From positions 19,842,001-19,906,000 of the forward strand of contig NC_086118.1 of NCBI RefSeq assembly GCF_963921235.1: a stretch of 64,000 nucleotides of DNA. Direction: 5' to 3'. A program made the position numbers and the translations under genes. Numbering within the stretch: the stretch's first letter is position 1; every line of letters starts with the position of its first letter. The notes under the pieces were generated by a model. It ran no database searches, was not told the origin of the DNA, and saw only the letters and a program-made list of their open reading frames with translations. The DNA comes from Mobula hypostoma (taxonomy: Eukaryota). This document shows positions 49,605 to 63,637 of this stretch, in pieces.

Positions 49605-52600
49605 TATAAACCTCTTTCAATATTTTATTAATATTATATAAATTGCATAAATACAAATACAAAATTCATAAGGATACAATAAGTAATACAAATTGCATTA
49701 CATTTAAATCACAGTAATATGATCACAGTATCCCATATTCCCGATCAATCATGTAGAAAAAAAATTGAATTATGAAATGAAATAATCTAAGATAATTTTA
49801 TTTTATTAAAAATAAATCTACCCCCACTACCAAAATGAGCTGGTTGGTAAAAAAAAAGAGAAGAAAAAGAAAGAAATACCTTACCATATAACATAATACT
49901 AATGGCTCAGATCCATACTTTAATAACAGTTCAAAGATTATGAAAGTAACTTAGAAAGGGTCCCCATAACGTTAGAAAATCATGTTTAGAATCAGAAATC
50001 AAACAACAAATCTTTTCTAGTTTAAGGCACAACATAACATCAGATAGCCATTGAACATGAGTGGGCGGGGCGGCCTCCTTCCACTTGAGCAAAATCGCCC
50101 TCCTGGCCATAAGAGACATAAAGGCCAATACCCGCAAATTAGATGGCTTCAGTTTTGTAACACTATCCTCAACAATACCAAACATGGCAGTCAAAGGATT
50201 GGCATTAAAACTAACATTGAAGAGTACAGACAAAGTGTGAAATACATCGTTCCAAAATTTTTCAAAGCTCGGACTTGTCCAAAACATATGAATTAGTGTG
50301 GCCACTCTATTATTACATCTATCACAGTAAGGGGAAACGAGAGAGCTTGTCGTTAGACATATGAACTCTATGTACCACTTTGAATTGTAATAAAGAATGA
50401 CAAGCACATAATGATGAAAAATTAATCAATCTTAAAATTATCTTCCAACTCTCTTCAGATATGAAAATCTGTAAATCCTTTTCCCAGTCTCCTTTAATTT
50501 TGTCTAAAGAGGCCTTTTTCAATCCTAACAGCAGACCATAAATGTAAGATATTGAACCGTTGTCAAAGGGCTTCAAATTAAAGATTGTATCTATTATATT
50601 CTTAGCTGGACTTGCAAGAAATATATGTAATTGAGATCTTAAAAAATCTCTAATCTGTAAATATCAAAAAAATGGGTATTGGGAAGGTTAAATTTTGTTG
50701 AAAGTTGCACAAAAGAAGAGAGATTCCCTCCGTCAAACAAATCTTGAAATCGTTTACTACCCAATCTATCCCATTCTTTGAATGATAAGTCAATTAAAGA
50801 TGGTTTTAAAAAACAATTAGAAAAGATGGGGCTTGAGAAGGAGAATCTCGATAAACCAAAATGTTTTCTAAACTGTAACCAAATCCTCAAAGTATGTTTG
50901 ACCACCACATTGTCAGTTAGTTAATTTTAAGATAAAGGAAGTGAGGATCCAGGTAAAGAAACAATGGAGAATTTCGTAATAGAGTTGACTTCTAAAGAAA
51001 CCCATATAGGGCAATTCTCATGGTTAATGTAATATTTCCCAAACGTAGTATCTCGTATATTAACTGCCCAATAGTATACCTAAAATTGGGTAAGGCAAAG
51101 CCTCCATTCTGTTTGGTTTTCTGAAGGTGAACTTTATTTATACGAGGTTTTATATTCTACCATATATAAGAAGAAAAAATTGAATGCAAAGAGTTAAAAA
51201 AAAGATTTAGGAATAAAAGCAGGCACAGCTTGAAAGAGATATGTAAATTTAGGTAAGATATTCATTTTAATAGAATTAATTCAGCCAATCAGTGATAGAG
51301 AGAGGAGACCAACTAGAAAGTGTTTTTTTAACATAATTCAATAAAGTTAAAAAATGCTCCTGAAATAAATCTTTATAATTCTTAGTAATTGTTACTCCTA
51401 AATACGTAAACTGTTTTCTTAAAATTTTAAAAGGAAGGTTAATATCAGTTGGTATTAAATTGTTTAAAGGAAACAGTTCACTTTTATGTAAGTTTAATTT
51501 ATATCCTGAGAACTGACTAAAATTAGTCAGTAAACGGAACACAAATGGTAAGGAGGTTATAACATTAGATATAAAAAACAGTAAGTCATCAGCATAAGCG
51601 ATACTTTATGAATAGTACCTCTCCTTAAAATACCAGTAATCTCTTTAGACTCTTAAAAAGCAATTGCTAAGGGTTTTAATACCAAATCACAAAGCAGAGG
51701 GCTCAAAAGACAACCTTGTCTAGTTCCACATTGGAATTTAAAGTGTTTAGAATTCTGAAGATTAGTAAGAACCCGAGCGGAGGGAGATAAATAAAGTAAT
51801 TTAATCTAATGAATAAAATTAGGTCCAAAATTAAATTTTTCTGAGGATGTAAATAGATAATTCCATTCAACTCTGTCAAAGGCCTTCTCTGCATCCAAAG
51901 ATATCACACATTCCGATATTTCCTTAGATGGAGAATGCATAACATTTAACAAACACCTTATATTAAAATGGGAATATTAATTTTTAATAAATCCTGTCTG
52001 ATCATCCGAAACTATAGAAGATACAATATTTTCAAGTCTGCGAGCCAACACTTTAGATAAAACTTTAGCATCAAAATTGAGTAAAGAGATAGGTCTATAC
52101 GAAGAACATTCAGTAGGATTCTTATTCTTTTTGAGAATCAGGGAAATGGAAGCTTCATAAAAAGACTGTGGTAATCTTCCTAACTTAAAGGAATTTGTAA
52201 GGGTAGAACATAAGTGTGGTATAAGCAAGGAGGGAAAAGCCTTATAAAACTCTCCAGAGAATCCATCGGGTTCTGGGGATTTCCCAGAATGCAATTCTCG
52301 AATAGCCTGTACAAGTTCTTCCTGGGAAATGGGTTGATCCAATTGCCTACGATCGTCTATCGAAAGATTAAAAAATTATTCATTGCAATATTATCCTTAA
52401 GAGAGTCAGAACTATACAATTTGGAATAAGTTTCCCTAAAAGTGTCATTAATTTCAAAGTTGTCAGTTGTCATGTCCCCATTACTTTTAAGTATTTCTTT
52501 AATTTGTTGCTTGGCTATAAATGGTTAGCCAGTAGCTTACCAGTTTTATCTCAGTGAACATAAAATTGACTTTTATCTTTTATAAGCTGGCTTTCAATAG

Positions 52601-53028
52601 GATATGTTAAAAGAAGAACATACTTACTTTTAGTTTCAATACATCTCTTATATGTTTCAGGATCGGGTATCGAAGCATATTTATGGTCCAGTCGTTTTAA
52701 CTGATTAGCTAATTCATTTCTCTCTTTGTTAGTTTTTTTAATGATGTTTTCAGTATAAGAAATAATTTGACCCCAGATACATGCTTTAAAAGTGTCCCAT
52801 ATAATAAGACTAGACGTCTCTTCCAAAGTATTTTCTTCAAAAAAAGAGTAATTTGATTTTCCATAAATTTTAAAAAGTCCTCATTGGATAACAGAGTTCA
52901 ATTAAATCGCTAAAATCTACTCATAGGGGTAGGACCAGGGAAATTTAAAGATAGAAGTACAGGAGAGTGGTCAGAGACAGCAATCTCTTTACATTCGATC
53001 AATTGAACAAATGGAATCATTTGACTGA
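49605..53028 (-). mobile_element. L1-clade LINE, decayed ORF2 (APE C-terminus, RT, CCHC) plus 3'UTR
   Basis: VSDHSPV, IWDTFKA, KSPEPDGF, SYRPISLL, DQTGF, SGYKLN, YLGV, CDRC..HMFW in fragmented ORFs 49931-53188. Confidence 0.92.
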
Positions 53029-53621
53029 TGTACCCCTCCCCGCCCAAATAACAGACAATACACCAGATACGATTAAATGATTTACAGTTTATAGATATTA
53101 CTGGACCTATATAATTAATAGAGAATAAAATATAAAAGGAAAATAAAAGGCGCCAACACTTATCAAAGTTCAATCTCTTCGTGCACAAACAGTTGGAGCT
53201 CGGGACCTTTCTTCTTCACCCTGCGACCCCTCGGACCACCTCGACCGGTCGCCTGGGACCAAGAATGGTGGTCGACCAGACACTCCACACGAGTCCGTCT
53301 CCATCTCCCCTCCTCACCGAACGCCCCGCTCGGGGTCCGACCCCGTTATTGGACTCACAGCACCTGGTCCATTCTCTGTCTCTCTGTCCCGCCTTCTCCC
53401 TCAAAACCCCGCACATACAAATATTCCAGATACAGCAAAGTCATAACTACTATCCCAATTGGTTCATAACATCCTCTTATCACCCCCCAACCCACAACAA
53501 GCTGCTAGCACAAAGCTTTCTCAACGTTTAACATAACAAAGAAGCATTCCTGATTACAACATAACAAAGAAGCCATTTTAATTAGCCTACACAGTAACGT
53601 AAGAGACGAAACCCCCTTACA
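53029..53621 (-). mobile_element. Solo LTR (Gypsy-type)
   Basis: TGTA...TACA termini, ~590 bp, CpG-rich core; no TSD (CTGA vs CTTT). Confidence 0.7.
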
Positions 53622-53759
53622 CTTTTTTTAAATATCTTGCTTTAGCTCAATATATTAGGGATATCATAAGCTCAGGTTATGTTGAGACAGAACTAGCCTT
53701 ACACAGGAAATTGTTGTTCTCTGTGAGAATGAGGAGTTCAGAAAATATCCACTTTCATA

Positions 53760-54505
53760 GCAAACACAAAGGAGCTGGTTGTGGACTACAGAAGGAACAG
53801 AGACAGGCTCATCCCTATTGACATCAATGGATCTGGGGTTGAGAGGATGAACAACTTCAAATTCCTTGGTATACACATCACTGAAGACCTCACTTAGGCT
53901 GTACATACCGGCTGTGTGGTGAAAAAAGCACAACAGCGCCTCTTTCACCGAAGACACTTGAAGAAGTTCGGCATGAGTCCCCAAATCCTAACAACTTTCC
54001 ACAGGGACACAACTGAGAGCATCCTGACTGGCTGCATCACTACCTGGTATAGGAACTGTACTTCCCTCAATCGCAGGACTCTGCAGAGAATGGTGCGGGT
54101 AGCCCAGCGCATCTGTGGATGTAAATTTACCACTATTCAGGACACTTAGAGTGGCAGGTACATAAAAAGGGCCTGAAGGATCAATGGGGACCAAAGTCAC
54201 CCCAATCACAAACTGTTCCAGCTGCAACCATCCAGGAAATGGTACAGCAGCATTAAAGCCAGGACCAACAGGCTCCAGGACAGCTTCTACCATCAGGCCA
54301 TCAAACTGATTAATTCACGCAGGCGCAATTGTATTTCTAAGCTATATTGTTCTGTTGTATATCTTACTGTACATACTATTTATTACAAATTACTATAGTT
54401 CGCACATTGCACATTCAGACGGAGATGTAACGTGAAGATTTTTACTCCTCATGTATGTGAAGGATGTAAAAAATAAGGTCAATTCAGTTCAATACAATTC
54501 AATTC
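53760..54505 (+). mobile_element. Rex1/Babar LINE 3' fragment
   Basis: KKAQQRLF..ESILTGCITTWY (ORF 53916-54149); (TTCAA)n tail. Confidence 0.9.
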
Positions 54506-54883
54506 ACTGATTCTCAGAGAAAGACGAGGCCCTTCTCCTTCCAGGAACAAATATTCAAATGTTCAAAAAGTTTGGTATTATATCGCTGGCCTGGGAGAGC
54601 CACAGAGGACCTTTTACGAATTGACTTGAACTTTTAATGCTGAACTGTGAGACTTTCTTCATGTAGGTGTTGCCATTTTTAGGTGCCTAGATGGGCACTG
54701 AGGAATCTGCCCCATAAAAATGTGCCACTCAGTGGAAAGGAAGAGCAACAAAAAAAAGATATGGGTAAGCTGATATTCTTAATTGATTTAATTAAATGCT
54801 TTTGAGTCATTCTACCATTGATTTTTGATTCCTTGCAATTAAATATTTCTCCATGTTTCCCAGTTGTGGGGTCACTCACAGCT
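54438..54883 (+). repeat. Inverted duplication, left (donor) arm
   Basis: Reverse complement of 55983-56428; about 90% identical by eye. Confidence 0.95.
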
Positions 54884-55399
54884 TTGACGACTGTGGGTTT
54901 GGGACTTAGTTTAGCTAGCTCTCTGGGTCTCTTTTGCTCCTAGCAGTTTCCTGGCAATGACTTGCTTTTGTCCCTGTACATGATGGTACTACTTTTCTCC
55001 AGACATTTCTGCTGCCCAGGGTTTTCCACGTGAGATTTAGAGTGCTTTCAGACTGCAAGTGAACATCAGAAGTTGCAGAAAATAAGGGAATTTCTTATTT
55101 ACCCCATGGATCAGCAGAAGCTCTGAATATTTCTGACAAGGTATTCACACAGGGTGGAGTCTGTCATATGTAAAATTGTATCCAGAGATCAAATCAATTT
55201 TTAACATCCAACAGAGACGCTGAATACATACTGATGCATTTGAAAAAATAATAAATTGCAAAAAAGAACAATGGCTTTGTATCTCCAATCTTTGAGAAAA
55301 TAAATTCCTATTCTCTATAAAAGGACTTTCTGAGTTTGATTCAAATTCAATTCTGAATTTAAATCCGGAAGAAGACAGTGCCAGCAAACAACACGACCA

Positions 55400-56656
55400 A
55401 GGGTGACATCCTCCAGACAATTCACAAAACTACTCCTTTCACTCCTTTTACATCTTCTTTTTCTTTCAGCTGTGTTTTGGCTGCTGTTGGAGCCTGTGAT
55501 CTACATCTTGTTGTGTGTTATTGGGCCGATCTGGTACTTTGCTGGCTCAGACAGTTTTCTGGGAGACTTCGAACGAAGTGTACAGCCTTGAAGCCAAGAT
55601 CTCTGGAAAAGGACATAAGCCCATGATCGACTCCATTTCTTGCTGATCTCACTAATTAAAGTGCCAAGGAAGATTGAAATCATTGAGACGAGTGCAGAAG
55701 GTGAGAGGGTGTTCGGCGTTCTCTTGCTCACTGCTGCCCGGAGGCAGGTGTCTGCGTGTGACGACCTCTCTCTCCCTCTCACACGCTGCTCTGATTTCAA
55801 GTGGTCTGCCTCTTCCTCAGTGATTTCAGAGGATGGTGCCAGAGTTCGTCAGCAAGGTTTAGCCAAAGCAGTTTGTCAACTGGATTCTGAAGTTATGATG
55901 TGTTTCTGGTTTCTGATGGCTCTTTATTTGTTGTTATTTTGGGTGACGTTGAATCGGGGCCGCCTGCAGGTAATGAACACTGAGCTGTGTGAGACCCCAA
56001 AAACTGGGAAACGTAGAGAAATATTTAATTGCAAGGAATCAAAAATCAAAAGTAGAATGACTGAAAAGCATTTAATTAAATCAATTAAGAATATCAACTC
56101 ATCCATATCTTTCTTCTGCTTCTCTTCCTTTCCACTGAGTGGCACATTTTTATGGGGCAGATTCCTCAATGCCCATCTAGGCATCTAAAAATGGCAACAC
56201 CTACATGAAGAAAGTCCTGCAATTCAGCATTAAAAGTTCAAGTCAATTAGTAAAAGGCCCTCTGTGACTCTCCCAGGCCATCAATATAATACCAAACTTT
56301 TGAACATGGTGATATCTGTTCCTGGAAGGAGTAGGGCCTCGTCGTTCTCTGAGAATCAGTGAACTGAATTGTATTGAACTGAATTGACTTTATTTTTTAC
56401 ATCCTTCATACACATGAGGAGTAAAAATATGCCTGGACTCTTTCAATTTTGTGTTTTATATTCTCTATTTTTCACTCCCTTTTTTGTTGCCGGTTGTGCA
56501 ATTTGTATTTTGTTTTTGTGCGTGGGGGGGAGGAGGTTTGCTATTTTCTTTGGACAGGTTCCATAGATTTCTTTGTTTTGCGGCTGTCAGTAGGAAGATG
56601 AATCTCGGGATAATATACAGTACACCTACTTCGATAATAAATGTACTTTGACTTTG
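55400..56656 (+). mobile_element. Non-autonomous retroposon with (TTTGAC/A) tail, interrupted by the inverted duplicate
   Basis: Tail aagatgaatctc...ataataaatgtactttgactttgaa like other tails here; left boundary uncertain. Confidence 0.5.
55983..56428 (-). repeat. Inverted duplication, right (inserted) arm
   Basis: Reverse complement of 54438-54883; sits inside a non-autonomous retroposon. Confidence 0.95.
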
Positions 56657-56984
56657 AATCTTTGGATTTGAAAGAAAAGCTACAAGAATATCCATAATGG
56701 TCCTCATTTATCTGTTCAGCAAAATGGAAAAGTGCAGAGAAATAAAAAGTAAAGAGATTAACCAAATATCAGAGTGAATGGTATCCAGATGTTACCGGGG
56801 ATGAAATTGGCTCAGCTACTTAGTGTTAAGTATTTGAGCTCTATATTTCAATACTAAATATTATTTCTCGCTGTATCAGAGAAGTATTATAATGTTGGAA
56901 GTGTTAAATTCTATTTGTAAGACCGCAATTAAAGAAAATAGTGAAAGCCTTTGGCTTACTGGTCCAGCTATATTGTGCTGTGGC

Positions 56985-58040
56985 TACAAGGTACAGGTAC
57001 ACCACAAGGTTGTGCGCTTAGCTCTACTCACTTTATACTTATGACTGTAGGGCTAAGTACAAGTACAATGTCATATTTAATTTTGCTGACAACACTGCTG
57101 CTGGCTGAATTAATGATGGTGATGAATCAGATTATAGGAGGAAAGTTGAACATCTGGCTGAATGGTGCCACAACAACCTCTCACTCAACATCAACATAAC
57201 CAAAAAGCTGATTATTGACTACAGGAGGAGGAAACCAAAGTTCCATGAGCCAGACCTCACCAGGTGATCAGAGGTGGAGAGCGTCAGTAACTTTGAGTTC
57301 CTCAGCGTTATCATTTGACTGAATCTGTCCTGTGTCCAGCATGTAACTGCCTCTAAAAGAAGGCACGGCAGCTTCTTGACTTTCTCCGAAGTTTGCAAAG
57401 GTTCTGCCTGTCATCTAGAACTCTGATAAACTTCTATAGATGCACAGTGGAGAATATACTGACTGGTTGCAACACAGTATGGTATGGTTACACTGATGTC
57501 CTTGAATAGAAAAGCCTACAAAAAGTAGTGGATGCAGTCCAGTCCATCATAGGTGAGCACATCTACAAGGAGTGCTGTTTTAGGAAAGCATCATCCATCA
57601 TCAAGGTCCCCCCACCATTCAGGCCATGTTATTGTCATCAAGAAGGAGGTACAGAAGCTTTAAATCACTCACCACCAGGTTCAGGAACAGTTATTACCCC
57701 TCAACCATCAGGCTCCTGAAACAGAGAGGATAACTTCCTTCACCCTAACATTGAACTGATTCCACAATCTATGGACTCACTTTCAAGGATTCTACAATTT
57801 ATGATCTCAATAGTTACTACTTATTTATTATTATTATTTTGTTATTTTTCTTGATTGTACTTTCACAATTTATTGTCTCTTGCACATTGGTTGGTTGTCA
57901 GTTTTTGTTTGTGTGCAGTGTTTTTCATTGATTCTATTATATTCCTTTAAATTTACTGTGAATGTCCACAAGAATACGAATCGCAGGCTAGTATATGGTG
58001 ACGAATATGTTCTTTGATAACAATTTACTTTAAACTTTGA
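56985..58040 (+). mobile_element. Rex1/Babar LINE, decayed RT to 3' end
   Basis: GTPQGCALS, FADNT, NNLSLNI..TKKLIID remnants; tttactttaaactttgaa tail. Confidence 0.85.
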
Positions 58041-58279
58041 AGACTGGGTTTTCTGCAGCATGATATTAACTTCTCACTCTCAAAAGACATTCAACCATGT
58101 ATATGCCACACTTGTGAATGTGAGGGGACACTTTACAGCTGCATAAATAATTTCTCAAATAAAGGAGAAAGTGCGTTGCTGATAACAAAAAAACATCCAG
58201 CACTTTTATTTATTCTATTTATTCACCATGAGTGCAGCTGGGACGTTGGGAGCACCACAGAGACCCATTGTACTTAAAT

Positions 58280-59130
58280 TATTGGACTAGTGACCCAGTG
58301 ATCAAAAGGTCTGGAGAAACAATCCAGAAACACAAGTTAAGCTCCCGCAGTGCTAGCTGAGAAATCTTAATTCAGTAATTAAATAACCAAGATTTTTTTT
58401 TGTGAAAGCACCACTAGTCTCAGTAATGATAACAGTGAAGCATCATTTTGTTGTTAAAAGCCTTTAGAAGAGGAATTCTGGCAATTTTAACTTGATTCTT
58501 TAATTAACCAATGAAGAGGTCTAGAAAACTACATGAAGAAACTAATGATGGATAAAACAGTACAAATCTCCTGGTATTAACCAGGAGCTGAATTCAGGTA
58601 TGGCAGAGTCATTCCCAGCCCAGTTGACTTTGCAACGTCCTTTCTCATGAACATGAAGAAATCATTGTGGAAAATGAGAGAGTTGTGTTCTAGACTAAAC
58701 AGGCAACAGCCTGACATAGTTTTACTCACAGGGTTGTTCTTCACAGCCAGTATTTTCTCCATAACAGTTTCTGGGTATACTTTTATGCCAAATGCTGGCC
58801 AGAACCATGAGAGCTGGTGATGCTGTAATATACAAACAGGAGCTAGTGGCCTTGGAAGTCTTCGGCATTGGCTCCAGTCTGTATCAAGTCTCAGTCGATT
58901 CAGATTAACATGAGCTCTTCCTAATGACTTAGTACTGATCTCAGCCATCTGATAAATCAATGCCCTTCCATATTGAACACTGTTTGGAAGGAGTGAAAAT
59001 AACAAGGATCGAGAGAATATATTCTAGTCAGGAGATTTCAAACTCTATAACCAAACAGGCCAAGAACAACATAACTGTCATTCTTGGTCTGCAGCTGATG
59101 ATAGGTGAACCTATACAAGAAGTAGAGCTG
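58280..59130 (+). mobile_element. Ancient LINE 5' part (SINE-like head plus APE endonuclease remnant)
   Basis: Plus frame gives NMKKSLWKMRELCSRLNRQQPDIVLLT...ITVSGY...GDF, resembling the APE N-terminus of a common shark LINE. Confidence 0.55.
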
Positions 59131-59404
59131 CTTAGAATCATAGAGTCACATGACATGAAAACAGGCCATTGGCATAACAACTCGGCCCTGACCAATGGGC
59201 AATCATGCATACTAATCCCACCTTCCAGTACTTGGATCACCACTTTCAAAGCCTAGGCAATTTAAGTGCTCAACTAGTCACGTTTTAAAAGCTGTCAGTG
59301 ACTCTGCAGGTGGTGAATTCCGAGCACTCACCACTCTCTGCGTGAACAAGGTGCTCCCTCAGATCCCCACTAAATCCTTTAGGCCTTTCCACTAGATTTA
59401 TAGT

Positions 59405-59876
59405 ATGTACTCTAGGTTAACATATGAGGAACGTTTGTCCGCTCTTGGACTGTATTCCTTGAAGTTTAGAAGAATGAGGGGAGACCTCAAAGAAACATTT
59501 CGAATGTTAAAAGGCATGGACAGAGTGGATGTGGCAAAGTTGTTTCCCATGATGGGGGAGTCTAGTACGAGAGGGCATGACTTCAGGATTGAAGGGCGCC
59601 CTTTCAGAACAAAAATGCGAAAAAATTTTTTTAGTCAGAGGGTGGTGAATCTATGGAATTTGTTGCCAAGGGCAGCAGTGGAGGCCAAGTCATTGGGTGT
59701 ATTTAAGGCAGAGATTGATAGGTATCTGAGTAGCCAGGGCATCAAAGGTTATGGTGAGAAGGCGGGGCAGTGGGACTAAATAGGATAAAATGGATCAGCT
59801 CATGATAAAGTGGCGGAGCAGACTCGATGGGCCGAATGGCCTACTTCTGCTCCTTTGTCTTATGGTCTTATGGTCT
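59405..59876 (+). mobile_element. CR1 3' fragment
   Basis: ORF 59405-59779 (YEERL..RMRGDL..FFSQRVVNLWN); (TATGGTCT)n tail. Confidence 0.93.
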
Positions 59877-60019
59877 TTATCTTGGCTTGTCCTCATCAAT
59901 TATGCACAGTCCTTGTGGAGGCATGGTACCATCTTCACACAAAAGACATCTTTCATTGCATTGTGTGCTACCCCAATCACGTACAAATAGGATAGACTAT
60001 AAACATATCAGGCTGTTCA

Positions 60020-61490
60020 AAACTCATATCTGCATCGACAGATTCTGCTCTAATTCTATCTCCAAGTTTGCAAATAATACTACCGTGGAGGGCCGCATCT
60101 CAAATAATGATGAGTCAAAGTTCAAAGTATATTTATTATTATACTTTATACAACTTCGTGATTCGTCTCCATACAGGCAGCCACAGAACAAAAAGAAACA
60201 AAATAACCCATAAAAAAGACTAACAAACACCCAATGTGCAGAGAGAGGGAAAAAAAACAAATTTTGCAAACAACAAAAGTAAGAAATAGCATTTAGAATA
60301 AAAGTGAGTCCTCTGACTCAAAGCCCGGAGTAGGCCACAGCCTCAGGCTCAGTACAATGAAGAGAGAGGTAAATGTTGTGGAGCAGTGAGCAGAACCGGC
60401 CTGACCTCACCTCTGGGTCTGACACCCTGCCTTTCCAATCCATCTGGCTCAGCATTTAATTCATCCAAACATCGGGTTATTTTCAATCTAGGACCTGGGC
60501 CCTGTCACACTGATACACTCTAGACCTGGACCCTGGCGCCACATTTTGGACTGAACCCAATCTTTTCAAATCGGCCCAGTGCTTAGATCGATCAAACCTC
60601 TTTAGGAGGACGGACCCTGAATTTGCCTCTACTCCACTCCGCTCGCCCTGACTTAGCCTCGAATATGCCTCAACCTCATATCAACCTCTCCTCAAACATG
60701 CCTCAACCTCGCCCCCAACTTTGCCTCGCATCTGCACACTTTGACCCTGGACTCAACCTCGCCTTTGCTCATCCCTTCATTGTTTGCGATGATCAGAGTA
60801 CAGGAAGGAGATGGACTGTTTAGTGACATGGTTCCATGACAACAACCTTTCCCTCAATGCCAACAAAGAAAAGAGCTGATCATTGTCTTAAGTAAGGGGG
60901 GCTGATGCCAATGCTCCTGTACACACCAAAGGTGCTGAGGTTGAAGGGTTCAAGTTCCTAGCTATAAATATCACCTATAACCTGGCTTTTTGTTGATTCA
61001 CCATAGAAAGTATTTCAGTTCTGAATGCAAAGCAGTTTGCTATGTGCAATTACTTTGCATGTGACTGCAAGAAACTACAGAGACTTGTGGAAACAGCTCA
61101 GCGCATTACAGGAGCCAGCCTCCCCTCTATGGACTCTGTCTACACTTCTCGCTGCCTCACTAGAGCAGTCAGCATATTCAAAGACTCTGCCTACCCCCCG
61201 GACATTCTCTCATTTCCCATCTCCCATTGGACAGAAGATACAAAAGCCTGAAAGCACATATCACCAGGCTAAGAACATTTTCTATCCCACTGTAATCAGA
61301 CTCTTGAATGGACTTCTAGTATGATAAGGACTCTTGGCCTCACAAATTGTACTTTTTCATTTACATGCACTGCACTTTTTTGGTAGCTTTTACACTTTGT
61401 TCTGTATTGTTATTGTCTTATTCTAACTAAATGCATTGTGAGCTGTATAGACAGTATGCAAGACAAGCTTTTCGCTGTATTGGGTACAAA
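60020..61490 (+). mobile_element. Rex1/Babar fragment split by a minus-strand non-autonomous insert (~60117-60793)
   Basis: KFANNTTVEGRISNNDES | EYRKEMDCLVTWFHDNNLSLN continues across the insert. Confidence 0.8.
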
Positions 61491-61494
61491 AGTC

Positions 61495-62110
61495 TCAATG
61501 GTTTCAAAGGTACATTTAATGTCAGACAAATGTATACAATATACATCCTGAAATACTTTTTCTTCACAACCATCCACAAAAACAGAGGAGTTTCCCCTAA
61601 GAATGAATGACAGTTAAATATTAGAACTCCAAATTCCCCCCAGCTCCCCACTCCCACACGTAAGCAGCAGCAAAGCGACAATCCCCCCTCCCCCACCATT
61701 CACCGCTGGGCACTCAAGTGTGCAGCAAAGCTTCAACAAAGACACGGACTTGCAGTACCCCAAAGACTACTCATTCACACAGTATTCGACATACCAAAGG
61801 CTCTCTCTCTCTCTCTAATAAGGGAAAAAGAGATGTCTCTGTTTCACAGCGAGAGGGGCAACATAACAAACTACTCCCTGATTTACGACGTTAAAAGTCC
61901 ATTGCGTCGCTTTTTCTGAGCTCTGTGCCCAAAGAACTCGGGTCTCTGGGCACACAGCCAGCAGCCAGCTCGCTGCTTTCGATCTTCCGTCTCCCATGGC
62001 ACAACGAATTCCTGCAGAGGCACCGACCTTCAGTCCGCCCATCTGCAGAGCCATGGAGATCCCAGAACTCCGAAGGTGAGATAATCTCCTCGGCTGCACC
62101 CTTGGCAATA
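61495..62110 (-). mobile_element. Non-autonomous retroposon with Rex1-like tail
   Basis: Reverse tail gtttcaaaggtacatttaatgtc...; CpG-rich body; family unnamed. Confidence 0.55.
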
Positions 62111-62644
62111 ATAAACCAATACAAATATCAATATATAAATGCACCCTATGGATGTACACCCAGCAAAAACTGTGCTGTTAATGCCACGCGGATGCTGAGA
62201 AAATAGTAATGAACAGAGAAGTAACTTTTGTACGCATACTTCACGGGGTCAACAAGTCAGTTGTGATCCCAGGACCTGCTTTCTAGCTCTATCCAACTTA
62301 TCCCCTAGAAAGTTTACAGATTGAAAACCAAAAAGCTGCAAATGTTGGAAATCTGAAGTAAAAACACAAAATGCTTGAAACACTAAGCAGAAAAGAGAAA
62401 GAGAGTTAATGTTTTAGGCTGAAGAGCCTCCGCCAGAACAGAAGAGGAGGGAAATAAACAACTTAGTTTTAAGATGCAGGGAGGATGGTGAGGGATGGAT
62501 TTAGCTTTGATAAGGTGAGCCAAGATTGCCATGATGATAAGCTGTTAATAAGCCAACTAACTGGTTGACAGTTTAATAAAGGGAGCTCAATAGAAAGAAA
62601 TTGAATAAAAGAACAAGTTAAACATGAAATATTGGCTTGAGTTT

Positions 62645-62965
62645 TAGAATCATAGAGTCATAGAGAAGTACAACAGAGAAATCGGCCCTTCTGTCCATAT
62701 AGTCCATGCCAAAACCATTTAAGCTGCCTTCTCCCAATGACCTGCACTGGGACCATAGCCGTCCATACCCCTGCTCTCCAGGTACCTTTCCGAACTTCTC
62801 TTAAACATTGAAATCGAGCTCGTATGGACCACTTGTACTGGCAGCTTATCCCATAAATTCATGACCCTATGAGTTAAGAAGTTTTCTCTTATGTTCACCC
62901 TAAACTTCTCACCTTTCACCCTTAAGCCATGACCTCTGGTTGTAGCCCCACCTCAGCTCAGTGGG
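62645..62965 (-). mobile_element. CR1 3' end fragment
   Basis: FLTHRVMNLWDKLP in ORF 62719-62919; (CATAGAGT)n tail. Confidence 0.85.
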
Positions 62966-63399
62966 AAGCTTTGTTTAAACTTGAAGCCAAAAAGAGAATG
63001 TTGGCAATTCCCTGTTGATTAAACAGTTCCTGTGGATAGAGAAAGACTGAATTAGCATAACCAGTAAATAACCCTGTGAAAGAACAAGCTAGCTTTCTCT
63101 GTTAGATCTGTTAAGTCCTTTTAATTTTCTATCATATTCACATTGTGACTTGCTTGTTTGTGGTCTTATGCAATGTTCCAACAAAGCTCAGTGAAGGTTT
63201 AAGATATAGCTTGTCATCTTCCATCAGGAGAAGTTTTAGTTTTCCAAAATAAATATTAAATCCAACAATGTTAGATAACATCGCAGGTTGTATCAAAATT
63301 GACCACTTTGGCTGTAGAATATCCATTTCTATCTCCTTTCTATATCCATTTCTAATATTAGATCATTTCTGCTTTCTCCATCAGTACTGCCTGATCTCT

Positions 63400-63637
63400 G
63401 CCGGCCGCTGAGCAACAAACAAAGCCGAAGACTCAAGGCCTTCCCCTCGGAGATTTCGGATCACACAGCAGCGGCGGAAGCGAAACAAACAATTCAGAAG
63501 TTTCATCAGATGTTCCTCCGTACTCTCACGTCTGCCTCCATCAAATCAGAATTGTGCACGGCATCCTACTTGACAGATAACAGATATTCATCTCCGGAGA
63601 GGCCGCGTGCACTGCGTCGCACCGCCAACTTCTCCTT
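63400..63637 (-). mobile_element. GC-rich 5' head of a retroposon fused to the CR1 fragment
   Basis: Minus strand starts GGAGAAGTTGGCGGTGCG (AAGATGGCG-like head); abrupt junction with CR1 RT. Confidence 0.5.

Noticed and set aside
55640..56188. 182-aa ORF with an apparent paralog at 54679-54879
   Set aside because: Spans a retroposon and the inverted duplicate; the similarity comes from the DNA duplication
54438..56428. Long-TIR DNA transposon
   Set aside because: The arms include a LINE tail, there is no TSD or transposase, and one arm interrupts another repeat
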